64,000 nucleotides of DNA, taken from assembly GCA_963693055.1 (NCBI GenBank), contig OY843751.1, positions 3,072,001 through 3,136,000 of the forward strand, read 5' to 3'. Of this stretch, positions 20,095 through 29,416 are shown in pieces. The notes under the pieces were generated by a model that saw nothing but the letters and a program-made list of their open reading frames with translations, did not search any database and was not told the DNA's origin. Source of the DNA: a bacterium. GTDB lineage: Bacteria > Zhuqueibacterota > Zhuqueibacteria > Residuimicrobiales > Krinioviventaceae. The translations under genes were made by a program, and so were the position numbers. Numbering within the stretch: position 1 is the first letter of the stretch; every line of letters starts with the position of its first letter.

Positions 20095-21606
20095 TTGGGA
20101 ACTTTAATTGACATTCTCGACTCCACCCGCTCCAAATACTCTGATCAAACCGCCTTGATATTTGGTTCCAACGAATTAAATTATTCATTACTGTTCGAAG
20201 CATCACAACGTCTTGCCAGCGGATTACAATCATTAGGTATTCAAAAAGGTGACCGAGTTGCATTATTACTTCCCAATGTACCTCACTTTTGTATTAGTTA
20301 TTTTGGGATTCTATCTCTTGGTGCTATAGTAGTTCCTGTAAACATTATGTATAACAAGGAAGAGATAGAGTTTATTCTTAAAGATTCAGGAGCCTCTGCA
20401 TTAATTACATGGACAGGATTTCAGGGCCAGGCATTACCTGCCGCCCAGGCATCTCCAGAATGTAAAAATGTATTAATCCTTGGTGAAAACATACCCAGCG
20501 GTTCAATTGCTCTTACGCAGCTCATTTCCGATTCTCCAATCCTCGAAAATATGGCACCAGTGGAAGATATAGATGTTGCTGTTATCAATTACACATCGGG
20601 GATAGCAGATCATCCATTGGGTGCAGAATTATCGCATAATGCTTTATATTCCAATTCTGTAACCTGCGCAGACATGTTCCGCTTTGCTTCTGATGATACC
20701 CTCATAGCTGTACTACCATTATTTCATCCCTTGGGACAATCGTTGATCTTGAACGCCTCTTTATTTACAGGTGCTTCAATTGTTTTAATGCCAAGATACT
20801 CACCGGAAGAAATAACAAAAGCCATTCAAACCTATAATGTTACATTTATGGCCGCAGTGCCAGGAATATTTAAAAATTTAGTAGAAAGCGATACTGATGA
20901 AAAATTACCATCTTTAAAATATTGTATGAGTTACGGTGGGAAACTACCAGCTGAAATTATTGAACAATTTGAAGAAAAATATAATTCTTTTATTTTGCAG
21001 GCATATGGATTAACTGAAGCAGGCCCCCTTGTTACTTCAACCCGTCTTGACCATGACAGAAAAACCGGTTCAGTTGGGTTACCCCTGGTTGGTGTTGATG
21101 TACAGATTCGTAATGATGAAGGAGAACAACTTCGTCCTTTCCAAAGCGGTGAAATCTGGATCAACAGCCCAAGCAACATGAATAGATATTACTACAATGA
21201 AGAAGAAACAGCAAAAAAACTCCAAAATGATTGGTTATTCACAGGTGATATTGGTTACCTTGATGACGATTATTATTTATTTATTCAAGAACGAAAAGAA
21301 AACATTATCATAAAAGGTGGATTCCAAATCCAACCACAAGAAGTTGAAAAAATATTATTGGAACATGCTAGAGTTGTTGAAGTTGCAGTAGTAGGTGTAC
21401 CGGATAATGTACAGGGTTCAGAGGTTAAGGCATTTATTGTAGTTAATAACGGAGAACCGGTTTCACCGGAGGAATTAATCGCATTTTGCAGGGAATCATT
21501 ACCTGTTTATAAAACTCCCAAATATGTAGAATTCATAAATGAATTACCCAAAAGCCCAACGGGAAGGGTTTTAAAGCGGTTGTTAAAAAAACAACCGATT
21601 AAATAA
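20095..21606 (+). CDS. Long-chain acyl-CoA ligase (ANL/AMP-binding) family protein with degenerate P-loop
   Basis: GDRVALLLPN, LPLFH, YGLTEAGP, TGDIG retained; A3 is YTSGIADHPLG and A10 is PKSPTGR. Confidence 0.85.
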   Translation: MGTLIDILDSTRSKYSDQTALIFGSNELNYSLLFEASQRLASGLQSLGIQKGDRVALLLPNVPHFCISYFGILSLGAIVVPVNIMYNKEEIEFILKDSGASALITWTGFQGQALPAAQASPECKNVLILGENIPSGSIALTQLISDSPILENMAPVEDIDVAVINYTSGIADHPLGAELSHNALYSNSVTCADMFRFASDDTLIAVLPLFHPLGQSLILNASLFTGASIVLMPRYSPEEITKAIQTYNVTFMAAVPGIFKNLVESDTDEKLPSLKYCMSYGGKLPAEIIEQFEEKYNSFILQAYGLTEAGPLVTSTRLDHDRKTGSVGLPLVGVDVQIRNDEGEQLRPFQSGEIWINSPSNMNRYYYNEEETAKKLQNDWLFTGDIGYLDDDYYLFIQERKENIIIKGGFQIQPQEVEKILLEHARVVEVAVVGVPDNVQGSEVKAFIVVNNGEPVSPEELIAFCRESLPVYKTPKYVEFINELPKSPTGRVLKRLLKKQPIK

Positions 21607-21662
21607 GAGGAAAAGAAAATAATTGTTTTTTAATTTAAAGGCTTGAAAATAGGAGGACAACT

Positions 21663-23738
21663 GTGAAAGATTATAGTCCTAACGAAATTCGTAACATAGG
21701 ATTGGTATCGCATCAATCTGTAGGTAAAACTTCATTGGCCGAGGCTTTACTGTTTTCCGCCGGTGAAACCAATAGATTAGGAACAATCGATGACGGAACA
21801 ACATTATCCGATTATCGTACAGATGAAATTGAAAGAAAAATATCAATTAATACATCCGTTTTACATTTGGAATGGAAAAAAAACAAGGTCAATGTTATTG
21901 ACTTGCCAGGATACCTTGATTTTGTTGGTGAAGTTAAATGTGGCCTAAGAGTTACTGACCTTGCCGTAGTTTTATTAAATGCACAATCTGGCGTTGAAGT
22001 AGGTACCGAGATTGCCTGGGAAGTTCTTGAAGAATACAATACCCCCAGACTCTTTTTTATTAATGAATTAGATAAAGAACATGCAAATTTTGACAATGCT
22101 GTTGCAATGGCGCAAGAAGCTTATGAGAACGGTGTTACTGTTGTTCAATTCCCTGTAAACCAGGGTTTAGATTTTAATGCGATTGTTGATGTATTGAAAA
22201 TGAAAATGTATACATTCAGTGACAACACTGGCAAGTTTACTCAGGGAGATATTCCTGCTGACTTGCAATCAAGAGCTGAAGAATTACGTAATGAATTGAT
22301 TGAAAAAATTGCTGAAAGTGATGATGAACTGCTTGAAAAATATTTCGAAGCAGGAGAATTAACCGATGAAGAAATTGTCAAAGGTTTAAAAGCTGGTATA
22401 TTGAATTGTAGTGTTTTCCCTGTTCTATGTGGTTCAGCATTATTGAATTATGGCCCTCAAGCTTTATTAGACTTTATTTGTGAATACGGTCCCTCACCTG
22501 TTGATCGTCCTTCTGAAGTGGCAACAGATAAAGATGGTAATGAAATTGAAGTAAAATCAGATCCATCTGAACCATTTTCTGCACTGGTATTTAAAACCAT
22601 GTCTGAAATGCATGTTGGTGAATTATCGTTAATCAAAGTTATGTCTGGTTCAATTAAATCAGGTGAAGAAATTCTTAATGTAACTAAAAACTCGTCTGAA
22701 AAAATTGGTCAGATTTACCTGTTGAATGGCAAAAACCGTACAGAAACTGCTGTGCTTGGGACAGGAGATATTGGCGCTCTGGTTAAACTCAAAGATACTC
22801 ATACAGGAAATTCTTTAACAGATAAAAAACGTCCTTTTACTTTTGCACCTGTTACATTTCATGAACCTGTTGTTGAAATTGCTGTTTCTCCGAAAAACAA
22901 AGGTGACGAAGAAAAGATCTCAACAGGTCTTCATACATTACATGAAATTGACCCCAGTTTTACAATCAAGATTGATCCTGAATTAAAACAGACTGTAGTA
23001 TCGGGGCAGGGTGAAATGCACCTCACAATTATCATTCAACGCTTGAAAGAACGTTATGGTGTTGAAGTGGATCAAAAGAAACCCAAGATCCCCTATCGCG
23101 AAACTATAACTGCAAAAGCAGATGAAAAATACAGACATAAAAAACAATCAGGTGGTGCCGGTCAGTTTGCTGAAGTTTGGATGCGTATTGAACCCCAACC
23201 TCGCGGCGTGGGTTATGAATTTGCCAGTGAAGTTGTAGGTGGCGCTATTTCATCAGGATTTATTCCGGCGATTGATAAAGGCATTCAACAAGTACTTGTT
23301 GGTGGTGCTGTTGCAGGTTACAAAGTTGTAGACGTTAAAGCAATCGTATATGATGGTAAAGAGCACCCTGTAGATTCTAAAGAAATTGCGTTCCAAATAG
23401 CCGGACGCGAAGTGTTTAAAATGGCAATTAAAAATGCCAAACCCATTCTGCTTGAACCCATTTACGACGTTGAAGTAAAATGTCCCGAAGAATACATGGG
23501 CGATGTAATGGGCGATATGTCTAGCCGCCGTGGAAAAATCCAGGGTATGGATGCAGCTGGTCGTTTTCAGGTAGTGAAAGCCAAAGTACCGTTGGCTGAA
23601 TTACACAGCTATTCAACCACCCTGAGATCAATTACCCAGGGTCGTGCAACTTTTACACGCACATTTTCTCATTATGACCCCATGCCAAAAGAAGTTGAAG
23701 CAAAGGTCATTGCAGAATCTAAAGCAGAAGAAGAATAA
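21663..23738 (+). CDS. fusA: Elongation factor G, divergent EF-G2-type paralogue
   Basis: SHQSVGKT, DLPGYLDF, GQGEMHL, YRETI, KKQSGGAGQFA, DGKEHPVDS, LLEPI; GTG start with AGGAGG SD. Confidence 0.93.
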   Translation: MKDYSPNEIRNIGLVSHQSVGKTSLAEALLFSAGETNRLGTIDDGTTLSDYRTDEIERKISINTSVLHLEWKKNKVNVIDLPGYLDFVGEVKCGLRVTDLAVVLLNAQSGVEVGTEIAWEVLEEYNTPRLFFINELDKEHANFDNAVAMAQEAYENGVTVVQFPVNQGLDFNAIVDVLKMKMYTFSDNTGKFTQGDIPADLQSRAEELRNELIEKIAESDDELLEKYFEAGELTDEEIVKGLKAGILNCSVFPVLCGSALLNYGPQALLDFICEYGPSPVDRPSEVATDKDGNEIEVKSDPSEPFSALVFKTMSEMHVGELSLIKVMSGSIKSGEEILNVTKNSSEKIGQIYLLNGKNRTETAVLGTGDIGALVKLKDTHTGNSLTDKKRPFTFAPVTFHEPVVEIAVSPKNKGDEEKISTGLHTLHEIDPSFTIKIDPELKQTVVSGQGEMHLTIIIQRLKERYGVEVDQKKPKIPYRETITAKADEKYRHKKQSGGAGQFAEVWMRIEPQPRGVGYEFASEVVGGAISSGFIPAIDKGIQQVLVGGAVAGYKVVDVKAIVYDGKEHPVDSKEIAFQIAGREVFKMAIKNAKPILLEPIYDVEVKCPEEYMGDVMGDMSSRRGKIQGMDAAGRFQVVKAKVPLAELHSYSTTLRSITQGRATFTRTFSHYDPMPKEVEAKVIAESKAEEE

Positions 23739-23744
23739 TTTTAT

Positions 23745-23776
23745 AAAAGGCACGGTCAATTGGCCGTGCCTTTTTC
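23745..23776 (+). terminator. Rho-independent terminator after fusA
   Basis: AAAAGGCACGGTCA-AT-TGGCCGTGCCTTTTT. Confidence 0.85.
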
Positions 23777-23797
23777 AGTTAAACAACAAGGTGTAAT

Positions 23798-24283
23798 ATG
23801 AAAAAAATGTGGGCCCCCTGGAGAATTGAATATATTTTATCACCAAAACCTAGCGGTTGTATTTTTTGCGTAAAGCCCAAAGAATCCAAAGATGATGAAA
23901 ATTTCATCCTCTATCGAGGTCAGTATTCATTTATTATTATGAATTATTATCCCTATAATAATGGACATTTGATGGTTGTCCCATACAGGCATTTGTCTGA
24001 TATTACAGTATTGAATGATGAAGAGAATAAAGAAATCTCATCATTGATACAGACTAGTGTTAAAATCATTAGAAAAACCATGAATGCAGAAGGATTTAAT
24101 ATCGGAATGAATTTAGGTAAAACAGCAGGTGCAGGTATTGACGAACACATTCACTATCACATTGTACCACGCTGGAATGGCGACACCAATTTTATGCCGG
24201 TTGCTGGTAATAGTAAAGTAATTTCACAGGGTTTATATGAAACATGGGAAACCCTGCTCCCCCATTTTCAGGATCTCAAATAA
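23798..24283 (+). CDS. HIT-family hydrolase (Ap4A phosphorylase/Fhit-like)
   Basis: WAPWRIEYI, CIFC, YPYNNGHLMVVP, HIHYHIVPRWNGD. Confidence 0.92.
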   Translation: MKKMWAPWRIEYILSPKPSGCIFCVKPKESKDDENFILYRGQYSFIIMNYYPYNNGHLMVVPYRHLSDITVLNDEENKEISSLIQTSVKIIRKTMNAEGFNIGMNLGKTAGAGIDEHIHYHIVPRWNGDTNFMPVAGNSKVISQGLYETWETLLPHFQDLK

Positions 24284-24285
24284 AT

Positions 24286-25086
24286 CTAATTTTCTTCTTC
24301 TTTCACCTTGTCCCAGACTGCATCCATTTCTTCAAGAGTGGAATCTAACAAGGTAACACCACGTTCTTTAAAATCAGCTTCAACCTTTCGGAAACGATTA
24401 TCAAACTTGTTTATAGCACGCCTCAATGCATCTTCAGGATTCACTTTGAGAAACCGCGAGACATTTACAATACTAAACAACATATCGCCAAGCTCATCTT
24501 CAATCCTATCTTTATTACCTTCTTCTACAACCTCTTCAAGCTCTTTAATTTCTTCTGCCACTTTGCTCCACACCGGTTCTATTGAATGCCAGTCAAAACC
24601 AACAGCAGCAGCTTTATTTTGAATACGATAGGCCCGCACCAAAGCCGGTAACTGATTGGGAACACCATCAATAGCAGATTTTTTGCCCTCTTTTTTCACT
24701 TTGGTTTGTTCCCACAATGAAACCTGCTCTTCTGCGGATTCTACAGTTTCATCTCCAAAAATATGTGGATGTCTTCGCACCAGTTTTTCATTAATATTTT
24801 CAATTACATCATATATATTAAAACGATTTGCTTCAGCGGCAATTTGTGCATGAAATATCACTTGCAGCAGCAAATCACCCAATTCAGCGGGTAGCTCGTC
24901 ATACTTTTCTTCATCAATGGTTTCTATAACTTCATATGCTTCTTCTAAAAGATGTTGACGTATTGATTTATGGTCTTGTTCACGGTCCCAGGGACAACCA
25001 TTATCACTCCGCAATAACGCCATAATCTCAACCAATCTTTCAAATGATCTATCATTTTTATCCAAAAGCGTCTCCTTTAATAACAT
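24286..25086 (-). CDS. mazG: Nucleoside triphosphate pyrophosphohydrolase MazG
   Basis: GCPWDREQ, EEAYEV, ELGDLLLQ, LVRRHPHIF, GFDW, second ELGD. Confidence 0.96.
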   Translation of the reverse strand: MLLKETLLDKNDRSFERLVEIMALLRSDNGCPWDREQDHKSIRQHLLEEAYEVIETIDEEKYDELPAELGDLLLQVIFHAQIAAEANRFNIYDVIENINEKLVRRHPHIFGDETVESAEEQVSLWEQTKVKKEGKKSAIDGVPNQLPALVRAYRIQNKAAAVGFDWHSIEPVWSKVAEEIKELEEVVEEGNKDRIEDELGDMLFSIVNVSRFLKVNPEDALRRAINKFDNRFRKVEADFKERGVTLLDSTLEEMDAVWDKVKEEEN

Positions 25087-25152
25087 GAGAATTCATCATT
25101 TTTTGACAACAATCACATGAACTAATATAAGAAAAAGCATTATTAAAATCAC

Positions 25153-25207
25153 TTGATTATTGTTTGTGATTTATTTAAGTTAATTTAGTAAAATTTTACG
25201 GAACTTG
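25153..25207 (+). repeat. Copy 1 of degenerate direct repeat containing promoter TTGATT-N17-TAAGTT and TACGGAACTTG
   Basis: Shares TTGATTATTGT, GATTT, TTAATTTA and TACGGAACTTG in the same order with 29348-29393. Confidence 0.6.
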
Positions 25208-25260
25208 TTATTTATATTGTATTTTAATAAATAGACAAGTATTACAACAAAAAGGTGAAT

Positions 25261-25521
25261 ATGTTAAATATCAATAAACCCAGAAAGTTCAATTATAATC
25301 CAAGATTTTATAATCCAGAGCTTGAAGAGGGTGAACAAAAACGTATTCAATTTAAAAGAATACGCAAAACAGACAGACCAGCAGGAATGTCAACATTACG
25401 GTTGGTTATCTTGTTACTTGTTGTACTTGCTTTGGGTATTTTTCTACAAAGACAAATGCCTTCATCGTTTTCACCTAAAGATTCAACAATAATAATTGAA
25501 GAACTTGAAATTGTCAATTAA
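25261..25521 (+). CDS. Small membrane-anchored hypothetical protein
   Basis: KPRKFNYNPRFYNPE motif followed by one TM helix; AAGGTG SD before ATG 25261. Confidence 0.75.
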   Translation: MLNINKPRKFNYNPRFYNPELEEGEQKRIQFKRIRKTDRPAGMSTLRLVILLLVVLALGIFLQRQMPSSFSPKDSTIIIEELEIVN

Positions 25522-25559
25522 GGCATTTCATAATAATAAAACGGATTGATAAACAGATT

Positions 25560-27038
25560 TTGATTAGATTGTTAAAAAATATTAGCAAACGCATTGTATC
25601 GTATTATTTTAAATTGAAATGGAGATTTGCGTCTCTTCGTATTCGACAAAAACTGATTATCATTTTAGGATTGTTATTTATTGGCTTGTTCAGCATACTG
25701 AGCTTTGTAATTATTCAAAAAGGTCAACAAATTCTAAGTACCCGGCTTGCGCAGACTTGTGATCTTTCTTTAAGACATATTTCCCAGGTCATTAAAGACG
25801 ACTTTATTCTCTATTATACTCCCGATGTTGATGGAAATGTAAATTCAGAACAATTGGGGCATATTCGGGAAGCTATATTTAATCTGGCAAATGAAGAAAT
25901 TGAGGGCATGAATTATGCCTGTGTGATTGATCGAGAAGGGTACTTTATAGCAGCTGTGGATTCAAGTGGCCGGGATTTAAGAAACAGGAGAATCAGTAAT
26001 CGAGACAGTGTTCTGTTCAGCAACTTGCAGGAAAAACTAATTCGAGAAAAAGATGGTATTATAGAGTACATCCACCCTATTCTTGCCAAAGGAAATTCTG
26101 ACAAACCCATATATCTGGGGGTTGCTGTTTTGGGATTTTATAAAGATAGTATTATGAAGCCTATAAATCAGGCAACCCGAACAATTGTTTTATTTTCAAT
26201 CGCCATTATTTTCCTCTCTGTTTTCTCCATCTCTTTTGTGGCCCAACGAATGACCCGTCAAATTGATGCGCTAGTTACAGGTGTTCGCAAGATATCTAAC
26301 GGTAAACTTGATGTAGAGATCCCCCTTTTATCAAATGACGAATTGGGACAACTTGCCCAGGAATTTAACAAAATGACCCGTCATTTGAGAGAAAAACTCC
26401 AAATGCAAAAATTTGTATCTCAATTGACTATGCAAAAAATTAAAAATGGTGAATTGAAAAACCTGCCCCCCGAAGGTGAGAACAGAAGAGTTACCGTATT
26501 ATTTACGGATGTCAGAAATTTTACCATGCTGACCGAAAGGCTGGGTCCCAAAGAAATTGTAAAATTAATAAACATATATCACGATCTACAGTCACGTATT
26601 GTTGAAGAAAACAATGGATATATCGACAAGTTTTATGGCGATCAAATCATGGCAATATTCATTGGTAAAACGCAAACAATGGACGCAATCCATTCTGCCG
26701 TTGAAATTCAAAAATCCATAAAAATGCTAAATAAACGCCGTGCTGCAGCCGGCAAGGTTACATTTTATATGGGATGCGGGGTAAATACAGGCAATGCAAT
26801 TCTGGGAAAAATGGGTTCCAGATCCAGACTTGACTTTACTGTAATTGGGGATGTAGTAAATGTTGCCGCTCGTCTTTGTTCAATAGCCAAATCAGGACAA
26901 ATTCTTGCACCGGTACATATTACACCTTTAATCAATAATGATTATCCTACTGTTGAATTGGCTCCAGTCAAAGTTAAAGGTAAAAAAGATCCTATATCCA
27001 TTGTTGAGATTGGATATGAACAGGTTCTGATTATGTAG
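25560..27038 (+). CDS. Membrane class III adenylate cyclase (2 TM, periplasmic domain, HAMP)
   Basis: LFTDVRNFT, DKFYGDQIM (Lys suggests ATP specificity), DFTVIGDVVNVAARL; HAMP DELGQLAQEFNKM. Confidence 0.93.
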   Translation: MIRLLKNISKRIVSYYFKLKWRFASLRIRQKLIIILGLLFIGLFSILSFVIIQKGQQILSTRLAQTCDLSLRHISQVIKDDFILYYTPDVDGNVNSEQLGHIREAIFNLANEEIEGMNYACVIDREGYFIAAVDSSGRDLRNRRISNRDSVLFSNLQEKLIREKDGIIEYIHPILAKGNSDKPIYLGVAVLGFYKDSIMKPINQATRTIVLFSIAIIFLSVFSISFVAQRMTRQIDALVTGVRKISNGKLDVEIPLLSNDELGQLAQEFNKMTRHLREKLQMQKFVSQLTMQKIKNGELKNLPPEGENRRVTVLFTDVRNFTMLTERLGPKEIVKLINIYHDLQSRIVEENNGYIDKFYGDQIMAIFIGKTQTMDAIHSAVEIQKSIKMLNKRRAAAGKVTFYMGCGVNTGNAILGKMGSRSRLDFTVIGDVVNVAARLCSIAKSGQILAPVHITPLINNDYPTVELAPVKVKGKKDPISIVEIGYEQVLIM

Positions 27039-27064
27039 AAAGGCTTCTTTTTTAAAAGAACAGC

Positions 27065-29323
27065 ATGAATAAAAATCATATACTAATTTTTTCCATACTA
27101 GTCTTTATTAATGGGGTTTTTGCCCAATCCAGCATTTTGCGTTTTTCACCTGGAGCTAAATCCATTACTTTGGGTAGATCAGGTGTTGTTGAAATATATG
27201 ATCCTACCGCATTATATTGGAATCCTGCACTTTTGGGCTATTTGAAACAACAGCAGACTGTAGTTTCTATTAATGAACCTTATCACTTGACCTATACAGG
27301 TTACTCTCAATTTTATCCCATGCTTGGCACTGTTTCTGCAAGTATAGCCCATACCCAAAAAGATATCTCAGGTACCGAACTATATAGCCTGGGTTGGGGA
27401 AAACAAATTAGCAAATTTGTCTATACCGGTATAGGTATCAATAATGCAATAACAGAGACTGAAAATTGGGTATCATTTGGAGCTGGTTTTTATATAAGGG
27501 CTGACAACAATCCCAATTCAATTTACAAAAGATTCCCCCCCCTTTCCTTTCTTGAATCACCGGCTTTCAGAGATCGTTTAACTTTGGGTATGAGTGTACA
27601 ACATGTACCGCTAACAGAACAACAGCATTCACATCAAACTCGTGTAGGTGCGTCCTATAGACTTACTCCGGATGGATTCACAATCGTGTTTGCATACCAC
27701 ATGCAAAGCGTTGAAAACACCTCTCATTTGAGTTTCATCCTCCCCATCCAAAGAAACATAAAGTTCATAGCAGGTATAATGGATTACAAATTTAATCAAA
27801 CTGCACTGGGTGCAGAGATTAATATGAAAAGTTTTGACTTACAATTAGCCTATGATTATGATTCCAAACGAATTGTTTTTTCCACTGCCATTCCGGTTGG
27901 AACATCGTATATTAAACGCTCTGAAGAAGAGCATGAACTGGCAAAAAAAGCGATAGAGAATCAATTGCCCCATGAAGCATTATATTATACAAAACGTGCA
28001 CTTGATTTGGATCCGGATAACTCTAAAGCAGAAAAATATTTTCAAACGCTGTCTCCATTGATTATACAAAATACTATTAAAGCAAAAAAGACACTCAAAA
28101 CCGCCATGGAACTTGAAAAAAATGAATGGTATATAAGTGCTGCCATGCATTACATGCAAGTATTGAAATTAGAGCCAGATAATATACAAGCTCAAGCTGC
28201 ATTAGAAAGAATACGCCCCAAAGTCAATGTTCATACGGAACGTCGATTTCAGTTAGGCGTAGCTACCTTTGAAAAGAATGAATTACTTAAAGCCAAAGAA
28301 ATTTTTGAATCAATTCTACTAGTAAGACCAGATCACCAAAAATCCGAACAATACCTTGCAGACACCAACGCGCGGTTATACAAGCAGGCAGAGAATCACT
28401 TTTTTGCTGGTCTGGGTTATTACAGTCAGAAAAAATATGACCTGGCCGAAAATGAATTCAAAAGCGCTCTTGTATTTTATCCTGCATATAATGATGCAAG
28501 TGAATATATTGAAAGAATTGAACGCGACAGGGCAAACAATATTAAACGCATAGATGAATTATTACAAGAATCACAAAATCTTGAAGCACGCAAGCTATGG
28601 CTTCAGGCCATAGAACGTTACAAGCAGATTCTTGAAATCGATAACAGTAATCAGGTAGCATTAGATAAAATCAGCTTTATAAATCAAAAAGTTGATCAAA
28701 TAATTAATCAATATATTAGAAATGGTAAAAATCAGTTTAACCAGGGTAACTATTCATCTGCGAAAACAATATTTAACAAAATCCTCAAACTAGATTCAAA
28801 CAATACCACAGCCAGGCAATATTTAAATTCAATTGACGATAAAACCAGCGGCAAGACTATCGCGTTTATTGACAGAGCCCAAATTCATATAGATAGTGAA
28901 AATTATACACTGGCACTTGCCGTTCTTGATAGTGCTCTTGTTGAAAATCCTGATTTTTCAACAGCTGTTAATATGCGCAAAGATGTTATTAACCATATGG
29001 ATACCCGTCAAATGCTAAGTAATGCATTGCGTGAGTATCAAAACCAGAATTATCTCGAGTCAATGGAAATTTGCAACCAGATACTAATCAAAGATCCTGA
29101 AAACATTCAAGCATTACGTTACCTCGAACAGTGCCAGAGAAAACTGAACGAACAGGTTGATGATTATTTCAACAAGGGTCTTGAAATGTATACAAAGGAA
29201 AATTATCGCACCGCAATACTCATGTGGGACAAGGCGCTTGAAATTAATCCCTACCACCGTGGATCGCTCGAATACAGAAAAAGAGCTATTGACCGGTTAA
29301 AAGCAATAGAACAACTCCAATAA
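27065..29323 (+). CDS. Secreted PorV/PorQ (UPF0164)-like beta-barrel fused to a TPR array
   Basis: Signal peptide; PGAKSITLG...DPTALYWNPALL N-terminal motif; beta-rich half followed by repeated ALxLDPDN-type TPRs. Confidence 0.72.
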   Translation: MNKNHILIFSILVFINGVFAQSSILRFSPGAKSITLGRSGVVEIYDPTALYWNPALLGYLKQQQTVVSINEPYHLTYTGYSQFYPMLGTVSASIAHTQKDISGTELYSLGWGKQISKFVYTGIGINNAITETENWVSFGAGFYIRADNNPNSIYKRFPPLSFLESPAFRDRLTLGMSVQHVPLTEQQHSHQTRVGASYRLTPDGFTIVFAYHMQSVENTSHLSFILPIQRNIKFIAGIMDYKFNQTALGAEINMKSFDLQLAYDYDSKRIVFSTAIPVGTSYIKRSEEEHELAKKAIENQLPHEALYYTKRALDLDPDNSKAEKYFQTLSPLIIQNTIKAKKTLKTAMELEKNEWYISAAMHYMQVLKLEPDNIQAQAALERIRPKVNVHTERRFQLGVATFEKNELLKAKEIFESILLVRPDHQKSEQYLADTNARLYKQAENHFFAGLGYYSQKKYDLAENEFKSALVFYPAYNDASEYIERIERDRANNIKRIDELLQESQNLEARKLWLQAIERYKQILEIDNSNQVALDKISFINQKVDQIINQYIRNGKNQFNQGNYSSAKTIFNKILKLDSNNTTARQYLNSIDDKTSGKTIAFIDRAQIHIDSENYTLALAVLDSALVENPDFSTAVNMRKDVINHMDTRQMLSNALREYQNQNYLESMEICNQILIKDPENIQALRYLEQCQRKLNEQVDDYFNKGLEMYTKENYRTAILMWDKALEINPYHRGSLEYRKRAIDRLKAIEQLQ

Positions 29324-29347
29324 AAATCAATAAATACCACATAGCTA

Positions 29348-29393
29348 TTGATTATTGTGATTTCTCTTATTAATTTAAAAACTACGGAACTTG
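29348..29393 (+). repeat. Copy 2 of degenerate direct repeat containing promoter TTGATT-N17-TAATTT and TACGGAACTTG
   Basis: Aligns with 25153-25207. Confidence 0.6.
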
Positions 29394-29416
29394 AGAGCGT
29401 TTTAGCCATTTAATGA

